DNA from: an uncultured Acidobacteriota bacterium
GTDB taxonomy: Bacteria > Acidobacteriota > UBA6911 > RPQK01 > JAPXNP01
Assembly: GCA_963777605.1 (NCBI GenBank)
Contig: CAVZRV010000010.1
Span: 352,001-416,000, forward strand
Direction: 5' to 3'
DNA length: 64,000 nt
In this document: one piece after another, positions 20,101-30,121 of the stretch
Layout: the number at the start of each line of letters is the position of its first letter
Position numbering within the stretch: the stretch's first letter is position 1
Notes under the pieces: generated by a model
What the model saw: only the letters and a program-made list of their open reading frames with translations
What the model was told of the DNA's origin: nothing
The model's database searches: none
Translations under genes and position numbers: made by a program

Positions 20101-20161
20101 ACTTCCCCTCTCTATTGAGGTAAAAGAGGTTATCGAGAAAGCCTCCCATAATTCCGATCGT

Positions 20162-20884
20162 ATGTACGAGGAACCGAGACGCAACCAGGCCGTACTGGTC
20201 TTTGCTCGTGATATCAGCCTTGACCTGCGGCGGCGGGGATGGGGCCAGCGCCTGAGACAACTGCTGCAGATTCCCCGGTTTCTCGCCGAAGAGGACGCGG
20301 ATGTTCATATCTTCACGTCCCCGTCGTCTGTCGATACTCTTAGGGCCAAATTCCCCTGGGCGGGTGTCCACTCCCAGTCGGGATCCAACTTTGCCGAGTG
20401 CCTCGAACGGGCGGTCGGTGAGTTGGTGGACGACGGCTATGGAAAGATCGTAATCGTAGGTCGGGACTGCCCCGAACTGACGTTCGACGATGTTCACAGC
20501 GCTTTCCGGGAACTGGATGGGAAGCGACTCGTTCTCGGTCCGGACCACCAAGGCGGACTCTACCTGATTGGACTTCACGTCGAGGACCTGGACCTCCTCA
20601 AGGGTATCGACTGGCAACAGGACTCCGACTTCTCGCAGATCTCGGCCCGGGTTCCGGTGGACAGGACCTTCATCCTTCCCACCCGCCACGACCTCGACTC
20701 GACAATTGACCTCCGCAGTTTGCTTCGTGCAGGTGGCGCCGTTGCCGACCTGGTGAGGTTCCTCATTGGAGTCCTCCGCGCAACGGCGTTGAAAGTGGCT
20801 TCGGGGCCACGACCCCTGCGGAGGGTCAGAGAAATTCTGAGCTGGCAACTGCCCCCGCCTTCAGTCCGTTCGCCTCTAGCCTAG
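20162..20884 (+). CDS. DUF2064/TIGR04282-like transferase (arsenosugar-cluster associated)
   Basis: QSGSNFAECL, IVGRDCPEL, VLGPDHQGGLYLIG, DLD motifs; cluster context. Confidence 0.8.
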   Translation: MYEEPRRNQAVLVFARDISLDLRRRGWGQRLRQLLQIPRFLAEEDADVHIFTSPSSVDTLRAKFPWAGVHSQSGSNFAECLERAVGELVDDGYGKIVIVGRDCPELTFDDVHSAFRELDGKRLVLGPDHQGGLYLIGLHVEDLDLLKGIDWQQDSDFSQISARVPVDRTFILPTRHDLDSTIDLRSLLRAGGAVADLVRFLIGVLRATALKVASGPRPLRRVREILSWQLPPPSVRSPLA

Positions 20885-20959
20885 GCTCCTGTTTCAATCC
20901 AAGCATTTCACACAGCCCGTATAGGAGAGGATGGGCCCTGACGGTCCATCGGCAAGATA

Positions 20960-21997
20960 ATGAAGACGCTCAAGGCATCCAACCATCAACTGTCCGCTCC
21001 CCTGGTTCAGCTCCAGGTCATCGAGTCAGGGGACCCACTAACCCCCACTTTCGACGACGTGCTGAACCGGATCGGACTTCACCCCCTGACGCCGATCCGA
21101 ATCGAAATTCTCCAGGTGAACGTCGGCAAGCTTTGCAACCAGACATGCAACCACTGTCATGTCGATGCAGGCCCTGATCGCACCGAGGTGATGAGCCGCG
21201 AAACCATGGTCCACTGTCTGGACGTCCTCCGGAATTCGGATATCGAGTTCCTGGACATCACCGGTGGAGCTCCCGAGCTCAACCCCAACTTTCAGTGGTT
21301 TGTCTCGCAGGCCAGGGAGATCGGAAAGAAGATCCTGGTGAGGAGCAACCTGACCGTTCTGACAACTCGGAAGATGGAAGATATGCCCCTCTTCTTCGCT
21401 GAAAACCAGGTTACAGTGATCTCTTCCCTCCCCTGCTACACGGCCGAGAATACCGACCGCCAGAGGGGAGAAGGCGTCTTTGAGCGTTCGATCCAGGCAC
21501 TTCGGAAGCTGAACGCATTGGGCTATGGGCACGAAGGAAGCGGCCTGGAACTGCACCTCGTCTACAATCCGGGCGGGCCCTCCCTTCCTCCGGCCCAGGA
21601 ACTTCTCAAGGCGGACTACAAGCATGTGCTCGCTGAAGAATACGGGATTATGTTCAACGAACTGTTCTGCATAACGAACATGCCGATCAGCCGATTCCTG
21701 GACTACCTCATCCAGCAGGGAAAGCTGGCAGGATACATGCACAAGCTCGTGGATGCCTTCAACCCGTCGGCGGCCGAAGCCGTCATGTGCCGCAACACGC
21801 TCTCGGTCGGATGGGACGGGCGGCTCTACGACTGTGATTTCAATCAAATGCTCGATCTGGGAGTAAATTCCAGGTCGCCCCGACATATCAAGGACTTCGA
21901 CCTGGAAGTGCTGACCCGGCGGCACATCGTCACTCGCAGACACTGTTTCGGCTGCACCGCGGGAGCCGGTTCCAGCTGTAAGGGAGAGATCGCGTAA
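20960..21997 (+). CDS. arsS: Arsenosugar biosynthesis radical SAM protein
   Basis: CNQTCNHCH radical-SAM motif, DITGGAPELNP, C-terminal YDCDFNQML and HCFGCTAGAGSSC. Confidence 0.9.
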   Translation: MKTLKASNHQLSAPLVQLQVIESGDPLTPTFDDVLNRIGLHPLTPIRIEILQVNVGKLCNQTCNHCHVDAGPDRTEVMSRETMVHCLDVLRNSDIEFLDITGGAPELNPNFQWFVSQAREIGKKILVRSNLTVLTTRKMEDMPLFFAENQVTVISSLPCYTAENTDRQRGEGVFERSIQALRKLNALGYGHEGSGLELHLVYNPGGPSLPPAQELLKADYKHVLAEEYGIMFNELFCITNMPISRFLDYLIQQGKLAGYMHKLVDAFNPSAAEAVMCRNTLSVGWDGRLYDCDFNQMLDLGVNSRSPRHIKDFDLEVLTRRHIVTRRHCFGCTAGAGSSCKGEIA

Positions 21998-22974
21998 TGT
22001 CCACCCAGGATTACCTGAACACGACGAAAGATGTCTATCGAAAAGCAGCCCTCACCCCCCAGGAGGGTCTCTGCTGCACGACCTCCCCAGTCTGGCAGCT
22101 TCCCGAACTCCAGATTCCAACCAGGATGCTGGAAATGAATTACGGGTGCGGCAGCACGATTCATCCCCGGGATCTTTCGGGTTCTCCGACAGTGGCATAC
22201 GTGGGAGTCGGGGGCGGCATGGAACTGCTTCAATTCGCCTACTTCACGCGTCGGGACGGCGGCGTGATCGGCATCGACCCGGTTCCTGAAATGATCGGTG
22301 CCTGCCGGCAGAACCTGGCTACTGCAGAAGCCACCAATCCCTGGTTTCGGGAGAGCTTCGTCGATCTGCGGGAAGGTGACGCACTTTCCCTGCCGGTCCC
22401 GGACGGCAGTATCGACGTTGCCGCCCAGAACTGCCTGTTCAACATCTTTCGTGCCGGCGACCTTCGAACGGCGCTTTCGGAGATCCACCGCATCCTGCGG
22501 CCGGGAGGACGACTGGTGTTATCCGACCCGGTGTGCGAACAGCCGATTCCCCTGAACCTTCGCGACGATGAGTGCCTGAGGGCCGAGTGCCTGAGCGGCG
22601 CAATCAGCCTCTCCGAGTACCTGGGCACCCTGGAATCGATCGGCTTCGGAACCATGGAAATTCGCGCCAAGCGACCCTACCGGGTTCTCGATCCCGTGCA
22701 TTACGCAACCGACGAACTGATCTACATCGAGAGTGTCGAAATCTGCGCCATCAAGGACCCGCTGCCCGATGACGGTGCCTGCGTCTTTACCGGGAGAACG
22801 GCCATCTACTACGGGCGGGATAGCGAGTTCTCGGATGGCAAGGGACACGTTATGAAGCGGAACCAGCCGCTCGCGATCTGCGACAAGACGGCGGGCAACC
22901 TGTCCCGCCTGCGCCGCGACGACTTGTGGATTTCTGATTCGACATTTTTCTACGACGGCGGGGGCTGCTGCTGA
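21997..22974 (+). CDS. arsM: Arsenite methyltransferase-like SAM methyltransferase of the arsenosugar cluster
   Basis: GLCC, NYGCG, QNCLFN, AECLSGA, C-terminal YDGGGCC; translationally coupled to arsS. Confidence 0.8.
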   Translation: MSTQDYLNTTKDVYRKAALTPQEGLCCTTSPVWQLPELQIPTRMLEMNYGCGSTIHPRDLSGSPTVAYVGVGGGMELLQFAYFTRRDGGVIGIDPVPEMIGACRQNLATAEATNPWFRESFVDLREGDALSLPVPDGSIDVAAQNCLFNIFRAGDLRTALSEIHRILRPGGRLVLSDPVCEQPIPLNLRDDECLRAECLSGAISLSEYLGTLESIGFGTMEIRAKRPYRVLDPVHYATDELIYIESVEICAIKDPLPDDGACVFTGRTAIYYGRDSEFSDGKGHVMKRNQPLAICDKTAGNLSRLRRDDLWISDSTFFYDGGGCC

Positions 22975-22993
22975 GCTGAAACTTCAATTTGGA

Positions 22994-23026
22994 TGAGTTG
23001 GAAATCCTGGATGATTTGGACGCGTC
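22994..23026. repeat. Short degenerate 9-nt tandem repeat (YTGGANNNN)
   Basis: ttggatgag ttggaaatc ctggatgat ttggacgcg. Confidence 0.45.
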
Positions 23027-23156
23027 AGGTTGGAGATTCGGGCGATCGGTGGAGAGCCAGGGACGCGATTATCGGCTGGTTCCTGGTCAGGTGCCAGACG
23101 TGGATGAGTGATGATCACAGGATCGGCGCCGGGCTGGCCCCTGAAAGGGGCCAGTT

Positions 23157-24653
23157 TCACTTATTGAATGATCCCGCTGCTCTGCAGGCAGGAGTTTTCC
23201 TGCACCGGAGCAGGGTCCAGAGGACCCCTCCCCACAGTATGGAATGTTCGACGGTCCTGGCCGCCACCCACCAGGCGTCGGCCAGGTGTCGATACTCCAC
23301 CAGGAAGCGAAGGTAGTAGAGGCAGAGTGCACCTGCAAAAACCGTCACCAGCGGTGCCAGGCGCCGGCTCAAGGTAGCCAGAGCGAGAAGCGGAACCGAG
23401 TACCAGGGATAGGGGGTCGGAATCAGCAGGAACCAAGTCAGGAGGACCCAGACTGCGCTTTCGACGACCCGCTCTTCGGTCGGTCTCCGCAGAATGAGCC
23501 AGGGTATTATCCAGGCTCCCATTCCAATCACGGCCGCAGCAGCAGTCCGCGCATGCCCCTGAAAGAGATAGTCGAACAGGCTGAAGACACCCTCGTTCAT
23601 GCGCCACTGGGAGGCGTACGCTCGAAATCCCTCCGTGAGCGACTCCCACCCGATTCCGAGGAAAGGCAGCCAGCCGGCCACGACCACGCCCCATACGAGA
23701 ACAAGAAACATCAGTACTCTCCAGGGACGTTCCCCCGAACGGACCATCAGAATCAGGGCCCACGGAAGCAGAATGACGGGGTAGATCTTCCCCAGTACTC
23801 CCAGCGCCATAAACGCGGCTGCCAGAGCCGTCCACAACTGCGAGGACTTCCGCAGATTCTTCAAAAGGGCCCAAATCGAAAGCAGCAGGAAAACCGCTAC
23901 CAACACGTCAAAGTGGGCCGAATTGGTGATCTCTTTCAGAACCAGCGGATTCCAGCCGTAGAGAAGAACCCGGTGGGAGCTCCTCTCGAAGCGCCTCAGC
24001 AACCCCACAAGCAGCCCCATCACGATGAGGTCCAGAACCAGGAAAACTGCTCGCTGCCCTTTCCAGTTCCACCTTCCGATCCAGGCTCCCACTGCAAACG
24101 CAGCCTGGGCTGCCGGCGGATACACAGTCGGAATGTAGCTGTAGCTGATGCGGGACAAGGCCAAGAGCGCATCGGGCGATTCAAGCGACTCTCGGAGCGA
24201 CCCTTCAGCCTCGGACACAATCTCGCCCGGGGACCACTCAAAAGGGTTTTGCCCTCGGATAAGAGCATTTCCATCAAGAACGTAGCGATAGACGTCGTTT
24301 TCCTGGATGAGGCCGGAAGGAAAAAGAATCAGCCGGGCCAGGACCGATACCAGCACAATAAACCAGAACGGCGGGAACCGGCCACGGTTCAGACGCAGGA
24401 ACCCCAGAGCAAAGACCAGCCAGGCCAGGAGGTACGCCGCCAAAAAGGCAGGAATCGGGCGGTCGGCATGACCTTCGCCAAACACGAACTGACCACTCAA
24501 CAGGGTCCACGTCCCGACCGAGAGGAGGAGGCCCAATCCCAGCATGAACCATCGCCAGTCAAGGCGAGCCTCGAATCCATCCGAGCCGTCCAGGCTCCTA
24601 CCCGGGACCTCACCTCCGGTCGTCAACGTATTGTTCGGGGCCCTTGTCATCAA
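23157..24653 (-). CDS. GT87/GT-C family polytopic glycosyltransferase
   Basis: ENDVYRYVLDG, TVYPP, YGWNPLVLKE, SAHFD, YPWY motifs. Confidence 0.82.
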   Translation of the reverse strand: MMTRAPNNTLTTGGEVPGRSLDGSDGFEARLDWRWFMLGLGLLLSVGTWTLLSGQFVFGEGHADRPIPAFLAAYLLAWLVFALGFLRLNRGRFPPFWFIVLVSVLARLILFPSGLIQENDVYRYVLDGNALIRGQNPFEWSPGEIVSEAEGSLRESLESPDALLALSRISYSYIPTVYPPAAQAAFAVGAWIGRWNWKGQRAVFLVLDLIVMGLLVGLLRRFERSSHRVLLYGWNPLVLKEITNSAHFDVLVAVFLLLSIWALLKNLRKSSQLWTALAAAFMALGVLGKIYPVILLPWALILMVRSGERPWRVLMFLVLVWGVVVAGWLPFLGIGWESLTEGFRAYASQWRMNEGVFSLFDYLFQGHARTAAAAVIGMGAWIIPWLILRRPTEERVVESAVWVLLTWFLLIPTPYPWYSVPLLALATLSRRLAPLVTVFAGALCLYYLRFLVEYRHLADAWWVAARTVEHSILWGGVLWTLLRCRKTPACRAAGSFNK

Positions 24654-24764
24654 CTTCAGTTCCGCGCGATCTTCTGCAAGGTCTTCCTCAAGAGTGTCTT
24701 CCTCAAGAGTTGTGTGAAATTCCGAATTAGTTTACCCTGCCCGAATTCGGCCGGCTGATAACCT

Positions 24765-25463
24765 ATGCCTGATCTGCGAATTTCTGTCATCGTACCGGTT
24801 CTCAACGAGGCTCAGGGCCTGGCCCTCACACTGCAGGCCTGCCGGGACCCACACGTTGCGGAAATTGTCGTTGTCGACGGTGCCAGTGACGACGGCACCC
24901 CACAGATCGCCGCGGATCTGGGGGCGCGGGTCATTGAATCGGCTCGAGGGCGGGCGTCACAAATGAACGCCGGCGGTTTTGCCGCCACTGGCAATATTCT
25001 TTTGTTCGTCCACGGCGATACCCTGCTGCCGCCGGAATTCGGCACAGAGGTCTTTACGACGTTGAGCCAACCGGGCACAGCGGCAGGAGCGTTCCGGCTC
25101 CGGATTGGAAGCACAGAGTTCAGTTACCGGCTCATCGAACGGATGGCGAACTGGAGGTCGCGCCTCCTCGGTCTTCCCTACGGAGACCAGGCGCTGTTTC
25201 TTCCTCGGGAGACGTTTCTTGCAACCGGAGGATTTCCCCTGCTGCCCATCATGGAAGATCTCGTGTACGTCCGGTCGCTCGGAAAGCTGGGGCGAATTGC
25301 GATCTCCCGGCAGTCGGTCATCACATCCGCCCGCAGGTGGAAACGAACCGGGATCTGGAAAATGACCCTGATCAATCAATTTGCACTTCTGTCTTATTTT
25401 GCCGGATCCGACCCTGATCGAATTACCCGCTGGTACCGCTCCAGGACCACGAGGATCGAATAG
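24765..25463 (+). CDS. TIGR04283-family GT2 glycosyltransferase (arsenosugar-cluster associated)
   Basis: ISVIVPVLNEA, VVDGASDD, GRASQMNAG, PYGDQALF, IMED, TSARRW. Confidence 0.9.
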   Translation: MPDLRISVIVPVLNEAQGLALTLQACRDPHVAEIVVVDGASDDGTPQIAADLGARVIESARGRASQMNAGGFAATGNILLFVHGDTLLPPEFGTEVFTTLSQPGTAAGAFRLRIGSTEFSYRLIERMANWRSRLLGLPYGDQALFLPRETFLATGGFPLLPIMEDLVYVRSLGKLGRIAISRQSVITSARRWKRTGIWKMTLINQFALLSYFAGSDPDRITRWYRSRTTRIE

Positions 25464-25535
25464 CCGCGTTTTTTTCTGGAAAAGTTGAAACATTCTATTA
25501 CGTTCAAACATCTTATTGATTGTGAAGGCAAGATA

Positions 25536-25600
25536 GAGGGAGCACCCCCTCCCTCACTCCTCCTCCCCTCGGTGAGCCCGTTCCCCAGGCGGGCTCACTA
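25536..25600 (+). ncRNA. Candidate small structured RNA with two hairpins and a CU-rich linker (possibly Acido-Lenti-1-like)
   Basis: gagggag/ctccctc stem, actcctcctcccctc linker, ggtgagcccg-ttccccagg-cgggctcact hairpin. Confidence 0.45.
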
Positions 25601-25675
25601 CCTCCATGTTTCCGACCGCTTTTTCCCATAGACTATTCCTGCACAACGGTTACACAGCTCGAAAGGAGACGAACA

Positions 25676-26548
25676 ATGAATGTTGGATTTATCGGATTGG
25701 GAATCATGGGCCGCCCGATGGCCCTTAACCTGGCCAAGGCCGGCTTTTCGCTGAAGGCCTACAACCGGACCCGGAGTCGTGCAGAGGAAGTCCAGGGCCC
25801 CTCGATCCAGATCGTTGAGTCTCCGGCAGAGGTCGCTGCGGATTCGGAAGTGATCATTGTGATCGTCACCGACTCGGATGCGGTCCGGGAGGTTATTGCT
25901 GGTCCCGACGGTATCCTTTCGGGCATTCGTCCCGGCACCATCGTCATCGACATGAGTACAATTGCTCCGGCCGTGGAAAGAGAGCTTGCAGAGGCCCTCG
26001 AATCGAGAGAAGCCGTCTTGATCGATGCCCCGGTTTCCGGTGGCGACGTGGGAGCCCAGAAGGGGACACTCGCCATCATGGCGGGCGGCCCTCGCGAAGC
26101 CTTTGACAAGGTTGCGCCCGTATTGGAGGCGATGGGCAAGACGATCACTTACTGCGGACCGGTCGGCAACGGCCAACTGACCAAGTTGTGCAACCAGATC
26201 CTGGTCTCCATCAACCTTCTGGCCGTCTCGGAGGCTATCTCGTTTGCGCGGCGCAACGATCTTAACCCGAAAGTCATGATCGAAGCGATCCAGGGCGGCG
26301 CGGCGGGCAGCTGGCAGCTCAGCAATCTCGGACCTCGCATCGCCGACCACGATTTCGCCCCCGGGTTCATGATCGACCTGATGCAAAAAGATCTCAAGCT
26401 GGTTCTTCAGGCCGCGGATCGTTCTTTTGCCACGCTTCCGGCTGCCTCGCTCGTCCACCAGCTCTTCAACTCGGCCCAGGCCAGGAACCTCGGCAGAGAA
26501 GGAACACAGGCACTGGCTCAAATCGTCGACCAGCTCAACCAGCTTTGA
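25676..26548 (+). CDS. 3-hydroxyisobutyrate dehydrogenase / 2-hydroxy-3-oxopropionate reductase family
   Basis: GFIGLGIMG, DAPVSGG, KLCNQ, KDL. Confidence 0.92.
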   Translation: MNVGFIGLGIMGRPMALNLAKAGFSLKAYNRTRSRAEEVQGPSIQIVESPAEVAADSEVIIVIVTDSDAVREVIAGPDGILSGIRPGTIVIDMSTIAPAVERELAEALESREAVLIDAPVSGGDVGAQKGTLAIMAGGPREAFDKVAPVLEAMGKTITYCGPVGNGQLTKLCNQILVSINLLAVSEAISFARRNDLNPKVMIEAIQGGAAGSWQLSNLGPRIADHDFAPGFMIDLMQKDLKLVLQAADRSFATLPAASLVHQLFNSAQARNLGREGTQALAQIVDQLNQL

Positions 26549-26652
26549 CGTCTTCCCGGGACTCCCCGGGACGGCCCGAAATCGGATAGCGGGCGGTGCC
26601 AGACTTCGTAGGGTAAACTGAGCCGATTTTAGTCGAGGATTGGGAGTGACGT

Positions 26653-28369
26653 ATGGGGAACAAGAAACTGTGGATTCTGCTTTTGGTACTGGCGGTGCTG
26701 GTTGGGTTTTCCATCATCGTCGGAGGGGTCATCATTTACCTGTTCAACGCTCCGCCGGCAGTGGCCGCCGGCACGGTACTCGAGATACCGCTCGGGGGAA
26801 CAATCCTCGAGACTCCCGCTTCCGATCCGTGGTCGCTTTTGCTCGAGTCCCGGGCCGTCAACCTCTGGGACCTCCGCAAAACCCTTGCCTCTGCCAAGGA
26901 AGACAGCCGCATCTCCTCGCTGTTCGTGGAGATCACACCTCTCTCCCTCTCCTGGGCCCAGATCGAGGAAGTTCGAGAGATTCTCAAGGATTTCCGCGAG
27001 ACAGGGAAACCGGTACACGTTTATATGTCAGTTGACATGGTGACCGAGCGTGAGCTCTACCTCGCGTCGGCTGCCGATTCCATTGCCATGAGCCCGACGT
27101 CCGGCTTTCTCGTTGACGGCCTGATGACCGAAGTGGTCTTCATGAAACGGACTATGGACAAGCTCGGCGTCAAGCCAAACTTCATTCAGTTCAAGGAATA
27201 CAAGAGCGCAGAGACCTATACGCGGCAGGAAATGACCCCTGAAATCCGCGAGATGTTGACCGGCGTCCTCCGCGACATCCAGGATCGCTTCACCAATTCA
27301 ATTGCCGAAGATCGGGGTATCGAACCATCCACGATGCAGTCGTTGATCGATCGCGGCGTTTTCCCGGCCTCGGCTGGACTCGACTCAGGACTCGTGGACC
27401 GGTTGACCTACCGTCCATCAGGCCCAGGATGAGCTGAAGTCTGAGAATGGTGACCGGGAGTACCGGGGAATGTCGCTCCGAACATACGAGCAGACCCTGT
27501 CCTCGGCCCGACGGGGAGTTATCCGTGGCAAGATTGCCTACGTTGGTGCCCAGGGAATGATCATCACCGGAAAGAGCGGGGGTTATTCAGGGCTTCTCGG
27601 ATCGGCGACCATGATCGACACCCTGCGCTCCATTCGTGAAGATTCAACCGTGGATGGCGTCATTCTGCGAGTGGACAGCCCCGGCGGTTCGGCCGTCGCC
27701 TCGGACATGATCTGGGAGGAAGTCTCCCAACTTGAAGAAGCCGGGAAACCGGTCGTCGTCTCGATGTCGGGGACGGCGGCCAGCGGGGGCTACTACATTT
27801 CCATGCCGGCCAGCAGAATCGTCGCTCAGCCGTCCACCATTACCGGCTCGATCGGCGTCATTTTCGGGAAATTCGACCTCACGGGACTCTACAACTGGCT
27901 CGGGATGGATATCGATCGGATCAAGCTGGCCCCCAACGCCGACCTCCTGTCGCTGACAGCCTCGCTGTCCGAACAACAGGAAAAAGAGGTTCGGGCCTGG
28001 ATGGGACAAATTTACCAGGGGTTCGTAACCAAGGCAGCCAACGGGCGCGACCAGGACGTGGAAACGCTGGAAGCCAAGGCGCGTGGCCGGATCTACACCG
28101 GATCGCAGGCGATCGAAGCGGGACTCGTGGATTCCCTGGGAGGAATCAGCCAGGCCGTCGCGGAGATGAAAGAAGCGCTCAACCTTGCCAAAACGGACTC
28201 GATTCAGTTGGAGCTCTATCCCAAGCCCAAGAGCTTCTTCGAAACCCTGGCCAGCGGCGACCTCTTTCAGCTGGAAGCACCTCGAATTCTGGATGATCTC
28301 GTCGAGAACTTCAGGGTTCTCGAGCGACCCGCCGTCTGGTTGCTCGCTCCCAATATTCGAGTGGAATAG
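26653..28369 (+). CDS. sppA: Signal peptide peptidase SppA, two-domain form, with one frameshift near 27415
   Basis: ORFs 26653-27432 and 27470-28369 join if one base is removed; YKSAE, LRVDSPGGS, AASGGYY, TGSIGV. Confidence 0.85.
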
Positions 28370-28383
28370 GGCAGAGGGTCGGG

Positions 28384-28803
28384 CTATTCACCCATGACCT
28401 GGACTGCGACCTCCCGGTCCCGCGCCCGGTTGTCGAAATCGATCAGAGCAATCTGCTGCCAGGTGCCGAGGCGCATCCGCCCGTTCATGATCGGAATGGT
28501 CATCGACGGCTTCAGCAATGACGCGCGCACGTGTGAAAAGCCGTTTCCGTCCTGCCAGGTCCGCTCGTGATGATAGTCCGTCGTCGGCGGAACCAGGCGG
28601 TTGAAAAGTTCCTCCAGGTCATTGATGAGACCTGGCTCATACTCCATCGCGGTTAACCCTGCCGTTGCGCCGACCACGAAAATCGTCACCACGCCAGACC
28701 GCACGTGAGACTCATCGATCTTGTCCTGGACGTTGGAGGTGATATCCAGAATGTGGCAGAAGCCGTTGGTCTTGAGGGTCAGCGTGTAGTCCTTGATCTG
28801 CAT
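28384..28803 (-). CDS. yjbQ: YjbQ/UPF0047 family protein
   Basis: GATAGL, EYEPGL, NGFSHVRASL, LGTWQQI, DFD. Confidence 0.9.
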   Translation of the reverse strand: MQIKDYTLTLKTNGFCHILDITSNVQDKIDESHVRSGVVTIFVVGATAGLTAMEYEPGLINDLEELFNRLVPPTTDYHHERTWQDGNGFSHVRASLLKPSMTIPIMNGRMRLGTWQQIALIDFDNRARDREVAVQVMGE

Positions 28804-29080
28804 AGCCGGGAAGTCTAGCACAGAGGCAGGGCGACCGGGAGAGGACAGCGCCTGGTGCCGGAGTCCGGTGATTGTCCGGTCTTCCCGGGTAGCGCTCGAC
28901 TTCGCCGCGGGGCATGCCGTGATTGTGTGGCCCGTCCGATCTGCACTCGCTGCCACGAAATCGGGGCATCCAGGATCCAGCCAAGAGCCACGGCTTCTCA
29001 GTTCCACCGATCGCGCGAATCTCCGTCGAGACGCATCCAGTTCACCAGATCCTTCAACTCATCCAGATTAAAGTTTCTGA

Positions 29081-29966
29081 TCAGCGGTGCTGGCAATTGG
29101 GGCAGAAGTGGGTGCTCCGCTGCGTGATGACGATCCGCACGATCTGGCTCGCGCACCTCGGGCACGGCTCTCCGTTCCGTCCATAGACGTTCAGTTCATC
29201 CTGGTTGGTGCCCACCTCTCCGTCGCTGTTGATGTAGTCTCGAAGTGACGTGCCGCCGAACGCGATACCCTTCCTCAAAACTGCGGGAATCGCGTCGAAC
29301 AGCCGATCTTTCTCTGCCCGACGGAGATATCGAACCCGCTTTGCCGGATGAATGCCAGCCTCGAACAACGCTTCGTCCGCGTATATGTTCCCGATACCCG
29401 CGACGAAACGCTGATCGAGGAGAAGCGCCTTGATCTTCACCTTTAGACCGCTTTCGAATAGCCGAAAGAAACGACTCCCGGGTGTAGTCGGCCGACAGCG
29501 GCTCCGGCCCCATTCCCTGAAACAGCCGCTCGACCGCATTCCCGCCGCGCGGAATCAGGATTACCTTGCCGAACATTCTCGGATCACGCAGCATGAGCGT
29601 ACGCCCGTCGAGAAGACAAACCTGCAAATGAGTGTGCCGGTCGGCCGGATGCTGCCGCACGCGCTGGAGGCCGGTGACAGGCTGGCGCAGGAATCGAGGG
29701 GAATCCGGCTGATCAGGGTCCCGGAGCGTCAACTGCCCCGTCATCCCGAGGTGAATAATCAGAATGTCCCGATCGAGATGAAAGAGAAGGAACTTGCCCC
29801 GGCGGGTCAGGAGGTTCACCGCCTGTCCCGGCAACCGCGTCGCTAGTTCCGCGGAGCTGGTCTGAAAAATCCGGGCGTCGGTTGCCTCGATGTGAGCAAT
29901 CTGTTGCCCGATGAGCCGGGGCATCAGTCCGCGACGAATTGTCTCAACTTCAGGCAGTTCCGGCAT
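29081..29966 (-). CDS. mutM: Formamidopyrimidine-DNA glycosylase, with one frameshift near 29445
   Basis: MPELPEVE, RRGK, HLGMTG in one frame; KALLLDQ..AGIGNIYADE and zinc finger CPRC..CPNCQ in the other. Confidence 0.9.
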
Positions 29967-29993
29967 CGGCTCTCAGGGGGAACGGGCGGATCG

Positions 29994-30068
29994 TGGCTCG
30001 GGGGCCAGGACTCGAACCTGGATCGGCGGCTCCAAAGGCCGCTGTCTTACCACTTAGACGACCCCCGA
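29994..30068 (-). tRNA. tRNA-Gln (TTG)
   Basis: Cloverleaf tcggggg/cccccga, anticodon arm gcggc-ctTTGga-gccgc, GGTTCGAGTCC, encoded CCA. Confidence 0.96.
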
Positions 30069-30121
30069 ACAGAATGCGCCTAATCTTAACCGAAACCGCC
30101 CGCAAGAAAAAGCGCAAGTCC

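Noticed and set aside
21940-23316. Selenocysteine in ArsS or read-through of the arsM TGA into ORF 22993-23316
   Set aside because: ArsS has TGT (Cys) in GSSC; GGGCC-stop looks like a natural end, and the downstream frame is repeat-derived with no evident SECIS
23244-24758. Long antisense ORFs (also 29939-30967, 33080-34246, 56668-58689 and others)
   Set aside because: Shadow frames of well-supported genes on the opposite strand, expected in GC-rich DNA
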